This document shows positions 1 to 6,576 of a stretch of 32,000 nucleotides of DNA, in pieces (the stretch's first letter is position 1; each line of letters opens with the position of its first letter). Source of the stretch: Pirellula staleyi DSM 6068 (lineage in GTDB: Bacteria; Planctomycetota; Planctomycetia; Pirellulales; Pirellulaceae); the NCBI GenBank assembly GCA_000025185.1, contig CP001848.1:5820001-5852000 (forward strand), in the 5' to 3' direction. The notes below the pieces were generated by a model that saw only the letters and a list, made by a program, of their open reading frames with translations, ran no database searches and had not been told where the DNA came from. The position numbers and the translations under genes were made by a program.

Positions 1-2042
1 ATTTCACCGGGGTAGCGGAGGAGAAAGTAGAGCGTTGCTCGGGCAACCGTTCCTTTTCCAGCGTTCGGTTCGAACTTGTTGGTCTCGCTCTTGCCGCAGT
101 CAGAGCGGATGGCCTCGCCAAAGTTGGTGAAGTCGAAATAGGGGGTGTTGCTACGAAAACTGTTGCACTTGGATTCGCAAGCAAACAAATGATGCAAGTC
201 TCCTCGCATCGGTTGTCGCTTGTTGAACCATGACTGCGGCACCACGTGTTCACAGTTGTAAGGAAGATCGGCTTCCAACGATTCCAAGAATGCTGCTTCC
301 AAAACTGGGTTTGCGGCTGCTTCCGATCTTCGGAAGCGATTCATACGCTCACGACGGAGTCGAGCAACTTCGAGGTCACGAGCAATGAACTCAGTCGGCT
401 CAAACATCTGGGTCGAGTAGATGCTGCGAATTTTATGATTCGGCTGCAGGTCCACCCACGGGTACAGATGAATCGCTGGTTTGTATCCCAGTACCTTTAT
501 GTGCGTGTTACGCACGAGTTTGCTCAATGCATCAAATAGCTGCGAAGGGTTGAGAGTTGAAGAGATGCCGGAATAGTACGCTTTTCGTTCAGCGGCATCG
601 GTGTTTTCGTCGTAATAGGGGCGACTGCGGGACTCTTCGAAGATCTTCCTCGCTGCTTCGAAGTCCGCATCTTCCGGTTCCTCGGATGAGCGACTGGCTG
701 CAAGAGACGGCGTAGCTGGAGGAGGGCTGGATGTGACAACTGGCGTTGCGACGCTCGGCGCTCCCCCAGTAGGAGTTCCCAATGTGACTGACACGGTTAG
801 CGGGATCGTCCAGGTAGCCGTTGATCCGGCGGCGGCGACCGGCGAAGTTGCAGGAACTACCGTGCTAGGAACACTGACCTGAACCGGGCGCTGTCCAGGG
901 ACGGGCTCCGACTCTGGGTGAATCGGCTGTGGGTTCAACGCCACGTCTCGCAATGTCCCTTGCGTGGACGTCAGGCCTCCCAGTCCTGAAAGGTGCTCCC
1001 GGATTGCCACAACGCGAATCCCTTCGTTGGCGATCCAGTGAATTCGCTCGTCCCCCATCTCTTCTCGCCAAAGCAGGCCGTCAGTCGTCAGGAGGCGTCC
1101 AAGGTTGTCCCTCTCAGGAAAACCCGAGTGATGTAGAGCCACCACCTCCCATTGATCGTTGAAGACTGGAGCACCGGATGAGCCCGGAGTTGTGTCGGTC
1201 TCGTAGTACAAAAACCTGTCTTCGGTGTTGGGGAATCGCAATACGCGATTTTCTCGCAACGCAATCTGCTTCAGGTCTCCGCCTGGGTGTTGAATCACCG
1301 TGACGCTTTCACCAGCCAGGATTTCCCCTTCGCTAGCGGAAAGTGGATTGAACCCAAAAGTCGACAATTGAGTACTTGAGTCCCCTTCGGCGGCTTCAGA
1401 CACCGTGACAACCGTCAGGTCGAGTTCTTCTTCTGGACTCGTCGTAAAGAAAAGGTCGGGACGCAAACGAAATCGCGCGACGGGCAGTTCGCGGCCATCT
1501 AGCCCAAGTTGAAAATTGAACTCCACGACCGCGTTTCCGGCCCGGGCAGCGGAATCCAAGACATGACTGTTCGTCATGAAGAGGGACGGAGAGATCATCG
1601 AGCCTGTCCCGTAGCCCAACACGGATCCCGAGCTCGACCGAATGACCACTCGGGCTACAGCACGACCGGCCATTCTGCCCGCGTCGAGATACCGAACCGA
1701 CAGTAGTTCGTTTCTGCCGATGATGCGTTCAAGGCCAATTCGACGCGAGTCGAATTTCCCCTCCAGTGCTGGACCCGAGCCCGTCGCACTGCGGATGATG
1801 TCGGTAGAAAATCCCAGCCTTCGAAGTCGCCGTTCTATAGCGTCTGACGGATTACCTCTCAAAAGCTCGAACTGAGTTCGCGACTCAAGTCGTGCTCGGA
1901 ACGATTCATGGCGAATAGCAGGAGCGGCCTCTAGTGGCACCGTCGACTCTGTCCGAGTTGCCGACTCACCAAAAACTCGGCGAAAACGGTCAGCCGTGGC
2001 CTTAAGCAATTTCGAATGAGCGACAATAGACGTCTGGTCCAT
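1..2042 (-). CDS. Trypsin-like serine peptidase fused to an endonuclease I (EndA/NucM-type) domain; 3' end runs off the window
   Basis: Hand translation of the minus strand from the ATG at 2042-2040 gives an open frame to position 1. It is absent from the ORF track because there is no stop in the window. Protease motifs: GTGSMISPSLFMTNSHVL (His), DLTVV (Asp), TDTTPGSSGAPVFNDQWEVVALHHSG (Ser). A Pro/Ser/Thr/Ala-rich linker follows. Endonuclease I-like motifs: YNCEHVVPQSWF, GDLHHLFACESKCNSFRSN, FEPNAGKGTVARATLYFLLRYPGE. The N-terminus (MDQTSIVAHSKLLKATADRF) has no obvious signal peptide. Confidence 0.8.
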   Translation of the reverse strand, partial: MDQTSIVAHSKLLKATADRFRRVFGESATRTESTVPLEAAPAIRHESFRARLESRTQFELLRGNPSDAIERRLRRLGFSTDIIRSATGSGPALEGKFDSRRIGLERIIGRNELLSVRYLDAGRMAGRAVARVVIRSSSGSVLGYGTGSMISPSLFMTNSHVLDSAARAGNAVVEFNFQLGLDGRELPVARFRLRPDLFFTTSPEEELDLTVVTVSEAAEGDSSTQLSTFGFNPLSASEGEILAGESVTVIQHPGGDLKQIALRENRVLRFPNTEDRFLYYETDTTPGSSGAPVFNDQWEVVALHHSGFPERDNLGRLLTTDGLLWREEMGDERIHWIANEGIRVVAIREHLSGLGGLTSTQGTLRDVALNPQPIHPESEPVPGQRPVQVSVPSTVVPATSPVAAAGSTATWTIPLTVSVTLGTPTGGAPSVATPVVTSSPPPATPSLAASRSSEEPEDADFEAARKIFEESRSRPYYDENTDAAERKAYYSGISSTLNPSQLFDALSKLVRNTHIKVLGYKPAIHLYPWVDLQPNHKIRSIYSTQMFEPTEFIARDLEVARLRRERMNRFRRSEAAANPVLEAAFLESLEADLPYNCEHVVPQSWFNKRQPMRGDLHHLFACESKCNSFRSNTPYFDFTNFGEAIRSDCGKSETNKFEPNAGKGTVARATLYFLLRYPGE

Positions 2043-2332
2043 AAATATCTCGCTTTGACCCCAAATGAAACACGCTTGACGGGTGTATTCGCAGACGCAC
2101 CGCCGCGGCACTATATGGGTTCCGCATTTACTTTGGAAGCAAGTACATTCAGACTTTTTCCAAATAAATGCTATTCTCTCGATTGATTTAACAGGCCCTT
2201 AATAAGGACAGAAGCCCCCCCTTGCAATTAAAACCAAGTGTTGATCGCCTCAAAGCCCTACCTGCTCAGGAGTTAGGCGTCGGACGCATATGGCCCGAGT
2301 GCCGACGATGAGGAGCAAGCATTCGTACTGAA

Positions 2333-2635
2333 TCATGCAATTCCCCGAGAGCCAACGACAGCTTGTGGTTCGTGTTGCGACCAGACCTTGATCAAGCTCA
2401 CCGATATGGATTCGAACTGAAATCGTGACTTCTTATTCCCAAGTACGCATCTGCAGCCTAGATCGACATAGCGGATCGCTTCATCATGTGTATGTAGATA
2501 GGGCTTAGAGCGATAGATTCCCATTCGTAAGAAGGTCAATTTGAGACCAACGGTAGCGAATAAGACGGCAAAATTGGCTAGCGCCCACGCAGGAAAGCCG
2601 AACGAGGCTGGCGAACAATCAGTACAAAACCGCAT
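2333..2635 (-). CDS. Hypothetical small protein, possibly membrane-associated (weak call)
   Basis: A 100-aa ORF starting 40 nt downstream of the 323-aa gene on the same strand. It has a hydrophobic stretch, FGFPAWALANFAVLFATVGL. I recognise no family motif. Confidence 0.25.
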   Translation of the reverse strand: MRFCTDCSPASFGFPAWALANFAVLFATVGLKLTFLRMGIYRSKPYLHTHDEAIRYVDLGCRCVLGNKKSRFQFESISVSLIKVWSQHEPQAVVGSRGIA

Positions 2636-2675
2636 GGTCGATCACGATAGCGAGACGATTGAGGTGCGATGCCCC

Positions 2676-3647
2676 TTAGCGCCACAAAATCGACGGAGAG
2701 TCCTGCGACGAGCGTAGAAATCCGACGGGAAGTCGTGGGATTCCGAGGATTTCATTGGCGAGATCAAACCGCTTCCAGACTTCGGCGTCGTCCGGTGGGT
2801 CAATGATTACCAGGTTCGTTTCTACGCTCTCGAAGTTCTTGGCAGGGAGCCACGACTTGCAAGTAGGTGGTAGTAGGCCAAGCTCAACGTACTGCTCAAC
2901 AAGCGTCTTGATGCCTTGCGATAGGTACTCCTTCGCCATGGAGAACATGTCACGGTTGAACGCAGCCTCTTGGCAGCCCCAGTACAGACTTGGAAGATTC
3001 GACCCCAGCATGAGTTCGAAGCAGACGAGTTGTTGCTCCGGCCCAATTGCCAAAATATCAACCGCTCGATTGAGAAACCCGTTTTCGCCCCAGTTAGCTC
3101 TATCTTGCTGCTGCAATTTTGCTCGTTTGGCAAGCTGCTCCTGATGGAGCGGGCGATAAAACGCATCCTCTTCCGCGTCGGTTTCAAACCGGATCGACGA
3201 CCAGCGATCAAACATTAACCAGGGTGAATCGGATTGCCAGCAAACTCCATAGGATTTCAGAAGCTGGTTGGTCCAGTAACCTTCCTTGCGATCGCGGAAG
3301 AAACGTTCATCAGCCAGCAGACTGGCTGCTCGAAGGTATTGATCGATACCGGTAGCAAGTTGATCGGAGTCAAGCGTGAGCCCCATCACGTAGAGAGCTT
3401 CGTGTTCGGGTAGCTGGCGATAGCGGCGTGGGGCATTTAGCTCGATCCTCTCGTCACCTGTCGACTGCACAGTGAGCAGGCGTTCGAGCCCATGGTAAAT
3501 CTCTAGCGAATCGCCTCCTCGTATTCGGAGGTCGAATCGACACTCTTCTGTCGGATCAGAATTCCCAGTGAGCGCGATCAGCTTCCGCAAACTCGACTGC
3601 TGAAACTCACGCAAGAAACGATGACTCCAGGTATTAGGAAACTGCAT
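2676..3647 (-). CDS. Hypothetical protein with a possible degenerate PD-(D/E)xK-like core
   Basis: A 323-aa ORF with GAGGAG 5 nt upstream of the ATG (plus-strand ctcctc at about 3653-3658). The core AVDILAIGPEQQLVCFELMLGS has the D...E-x-K spacing of restriction-endonuclease-fold proteins, but Met replaces Lys. No family assignment is possible by eye. Confidence 0.7.
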   Translation of the reverse strand: MQFPNTWSHRFLREFQQSSLRKLIALTGNSDPTEECRFDLRIRGGDSLEIYHGLERLLTVQSTGDERIELNAPRRYRQLPEHEALYVMGLTLDSDQLATGIDQYLRAASLLADERFFRDRKEGYWTNQLLKSYGVCWQSDSPWLMFDRWSSIRFETDAEEDAFYRPLHQEQLAKRAKLQQQDRANWGENGFLNRAVDILAIGPEQQLVCFELMLGSNLPSLYWGCQEAAFNRDMFSMAKEYLSQGIKTLVEQYVELGLLPPTCKSWLPAKNFESVETNLVIIDPPDDAEVWKRFDLANEILGIPRLPVGFLRSSQDSPSILWR

Positions 3648-3928
3648 GGCTACTCCTCAGCCCAATGACAACGTAAAGCCTAAGCGGGTGAGTTGCAATT
3701 CTTAGCCCGCGTCATCGGCAGCAGTGGGTCAGCCTCGGTCGTTTCTGATGGCAAGGGGTTCTTTATGCCCCATCAAGCCGTCTGCCGAAATTCGTGCAAC
3801 CGCCACGTCACTACTGCCCCACTGCGGTCATTGAGTCTGGCGAGAATCTCCATCGCCATGAATCAGCCGCAAGGGCTAGCCTCGCGGGGTAATACGCTCA
3901 ACTTCGACTCAGCGCAAGGAACTAGCAC

Positions 3929-4093
3929 ATGTTTGATGACGATCCAGTGGACCCGATCAAAGAGGCCATGCGGCAGCACTACCGCAACAACCCCGGAAAA
4001 GCTTTTGCCGAGCATGGGCAAGCCGTCATCATCTTTGTTGTCATTCTGATTGTCGGTGCGATCGTAGGATCGATTGCCAATTTATTCCGCTAA
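3929..4093 (+). CDS. Small single-pass membrane protein candidate (54 aa)
   Basis: Hand-translated as MFDDDPVDPIKEAMRQHYRNNPGKAFAEHGQAVIIFVVILIVGAIVGSIANLFR*. It has one clear TM helix and AAGGA 8 nt upstream, and it ends 87 nt before the MBL gene. It is below the ORF-track size cut-off. Confidence 0.3.
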   Translation: MFDDDPVDPIKEAMRQHYRNNPGKAFAEHGQAVIIFVVILIVGAIVGSIANLFR

Positions 4094-4179
4094 GTCGTGG
4101 TCGCCTGATCCCAGCTGGCGACTCGTCAGTGATTCGAATTCACAATGGACGTTAGTTCTGCCGAGGAAAGATTGGCTGG

Positions 4180-5475
4180 ATGAGAATTACGATTCATCGA
4201 GGAACAAAAGAAATTGGTGGCTCCTGTGTCGAGATTGCAACGACATCGACCCGAATTGTGCTCGACCTGGGACTGCCGATTGTGGATGCCAATCGAGAAC
4301 CATTCGACTCGCGACTGGCACTCACCAAATCCAACGAAGAGCTTCGGGATGAAAAAGTTATTCCCGCTATTGCGGGACTCTTCGACGAATCTCACGCACC
4401 TCCCGATGCCATTCTGTTGAGTCATGCGCATCTCGACCACGCAGGGTTGCTGCACAGGTCTCGCACCGAAGTGCCCATCTACACCACAGCTGGCACGAGC
4501 AAGATGATGCTTGCTGCTGGAGTATTTGCTGGTCAAAAATCACTTGATCGAAACCGGTTTCGTCCGGTGACCAGCCAACAAACCTATCGCATTGGCGATT
4601 TCAGCATCACTCCGCTTTCCGTCGATCACTCGATCTTTGGAAGCGTTGCCTACCTCATCGAAGGTGATGGCAAGGCCATTCTTTACACGGGAGATTTTCG
4701 AAATCATGGCCGCAAACCAGGCATGATGCGCGACCTACTTGCCTTCGTTCGAGGCAAATCGATCGATGTGCTGATTGTCGAAGGAACACATTTTGGTGGC
4801 GAGCGAGAGCAAGGACGATCGGAGTTTGAGCTAGAAGTCGAGATCAGGAGTCTGATCGAATCAGCACCGGCTCTCGTGCTGGCCTGTTTTTCTGCACTCG
4901 ACATTGATCGGCTGGTAACGATCTATAAGGCGAGTCAAGCCGCAGGACGAACCTTAGTGATCGACGCCTATGCCGCATTTGTGCTTCATTTGCTTGGCAG
5001 TTCCGTCAGTACGCCCAAGCCGACGAAGGAATATGGAATTCGAGTGTTTTTCAACGCGCATTTCGAGAAGAGAAATCTCGTTGAAATTCGCAAGAGGTTT
5101 GAAGAAGTTCAGATTGAACTTTCCGAAGTGCTTCGAGATGAGAATCGCTATGTAATGATGTTTCGTCCATCGATGCTCGCGTCTGACTTTGGTGGATCAC
5201 TGCCTAAGCCTTGCCGATGCCTCTACGGATACTGGAAGGGTTACCTCGCAAAACCCGACTGGCAGGAACTTCAAAACGTGATTGAAGGTGCCCACGGCGA
5301 CTTCATTCCCGCACACGTCAGCGGTCATGCTTACATTCGCGACATCATTGCACTTGTCGCTGCCATCCAGCCGCGCCACATCCTGCCGATTCACACCTTC
5401 TCGCCCGAGAGCTTTAACGAGCACTTTGCGAATGTAGTAGCTATCGAGGATGGTTTGCCGTATCAAGTGAACTGA
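4180..5475 (+). CDS. MBL-fold metallo-hydrolase of the beta-CASP / RNase J-like type (putative nuclease)
   Basis: N-terminus MRITIHRGTKEIGGSCVEI. HxHxDH zinc motif LLSHAHLDHAGLL. YTGDF motif. The late HVSGHA motif is typical of beta-CASP members. GAGGAAAG lies 9 nt upstream of the ATG. Confidence 0.85.
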   Translation: MRITIHRGTKEIGGSCVEIATTSTRIVLDLGLPIVDANREPFDSRLALTKSNEELRDEKVIPAIAGLFDESHAPPDAILLSHAHLDHAGLLHRSRTEVPIYTTAGTSKMMLAAGVFAGQKSLDRNRFRPVTSQQTYRIGDFSITPLSVDHSIFGSVAYLIEGDGKAILYTGDFRNHGRKPGMMRDLLAFVRGKSIDVLIVEGTHFGGEREQGRSEFELEVEIRSLIESAPALVLACFSALDIDRLVTIYKASQAAGRTLVIDAYAAFVLHLLGSSVSTPKPTKEYGIRVFFNAHFEKRNLVEIRKRFEEVQIELSEVLRDENRYVMMFRPSMLASDFGGSLPKPCRCLYGYWKGYLAKPDWQELQNVIEGAHGDFIPAHVSGHAYIRDIIALVAAIQPRHILPIHTFSPESFNEHFANVVAIEDGLPYQVN

Positions 5476-5627
5476 CATGCGGTTCTTCTCCCCACAAAAA
5501 ACGCCTATCGTTGATAAAGGTAACTTCCTTTATCGAATGCAACATCCACTTATTCTTTCGCCTAAAAAATACACTGCAGAGTGTAGTTGACGCATGCAAG
5601 TTGAAGAAGGGCGAAGTGATTGTCAAC

Positions 5628-6334
5628 TTACTTCTCCCATCGCAGCAGCACTCCGCTAAAGCGGTTAAGCCAGCTGTGAGTACCCTTGACGACCCAACGC
5701 CTAGGGCGAACCCGCCTCTTTCTCACAACTCTTGATAGCGTGCGTGGATGTGAGCATGAAACAATAACTGACCTTGCACACACATGCGACCCCCTTTTGA
5801 GTCATAAGATTTATCGAGCAGCAGGCGTTCATAAGGAGAGTAAGTATCTCGCGGTAATATTAAAAGGCAGTTCTCGAGTGTTGCTTAAAGAAGACGTGAC
5901 TTGTTGGTATAGGTTCCGGAGATGGCGAATCCAACGGGGATGCCACGAGCATCGGCCATGTGAGCACTTGGTTCCCGGCTTGGTCAGATCCGCAAGGTTT
6001 TTGCCGGTTGTTTCGCAACCGAGGGGAGATTTGGTCACCGCACCATCGATACCTTGCCAGCGCCAGTCGAGTCCCACGAGGTCGTCAAGAGGCTCAATCG
6101 CTATTTACCATAAACCGTTGAATATGCCTTACTTTACACATTGCTGACAGTAGCTGTGGGCAGTGCTGTCAGCGGCAAGGCACCATAGTACGTTTTCAAT
6201 TGACAGCCTGCGCACTTTCGGTAGAAGATGCCTTCCACTCTGTCGCTTAGCACGGTTCTTGGCCGTCCGCCCAACGGCGAAGGAACGTATAGCGACAACA
6301 GGAGCTGAATCTGCTCCCGTGATTTGTAGAGCAT
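5628..6334 (-). pseudogene. IS5-family (DDE, DUF4096 N-terminus) transposase remnant broken by stops and frameshifts
   Basis: Three fragments lie in different frames. N-terminal: GGRPRTVLSDRVEGIFYRKCAGCQLKTYYGALP, matching the GRPR...ILNGIFYVLRTGCQWR pattern. Middle: LDWRWQGIDGAVTKSPLGCETTGKN..GTK, followed by a frameshift, after which DARGIPVGFAISG reads in another frame. C-terminal: RRWVVKGTHSWLNRFSGVLLRWEK*, with its stop at 5628-5630. I could not find terminal inverted repeats. Confidence 0.75.
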
Positions 6335-6576
6335 TCGTTAGGCATCAAAAAGCTAAAGCACAATCCAAGGCGGGTCTTCTTGTAAGGGTGCGAGTACGAT
6401 AACTCTCCTTTACCAAAAGGACTCACCTCTTTTCAAATACCAGTTTCGGGTTGCCGGATAGGCTCTACCTCAAATCACACCTTTTTGTGATATGCATCGC
6501 CTCACCCCATGACAGCAACGACTCCTCTTATATATATACTCCAGAGAAATCCGTTTATGCCACAAACACAAAACGC

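Noticed and set aside
3693-4049. A 118-aa plus-strand ORF (TTG start) in the 323-aa/MBL intergenic region.
   Set aside because: The translation is low-complexity (Ser/Thr/Arg-rich) with an alternative start codon and no motif. The shorter 54-aa ORF in another frame is the more gene-like candidate.
5513-5534. A perfect 8-bp hairpin, GATAAAGG-taactt-CCTTTATC, 38 nt after the MBL gene stop.
   Set aside because: No T-run follows it, so it is not a canonical intrinsic terminator. It may be a relic of the IS end. There is not enough evidence to annotate it.
6473-6490. The hairpin ATCACA-ccttttt-TGTGAT downstream of the SIR2 gene.
   Set aside because: The stem is 6 bp and AT-rich, and on the gene's strand no convincing T-run follows it.
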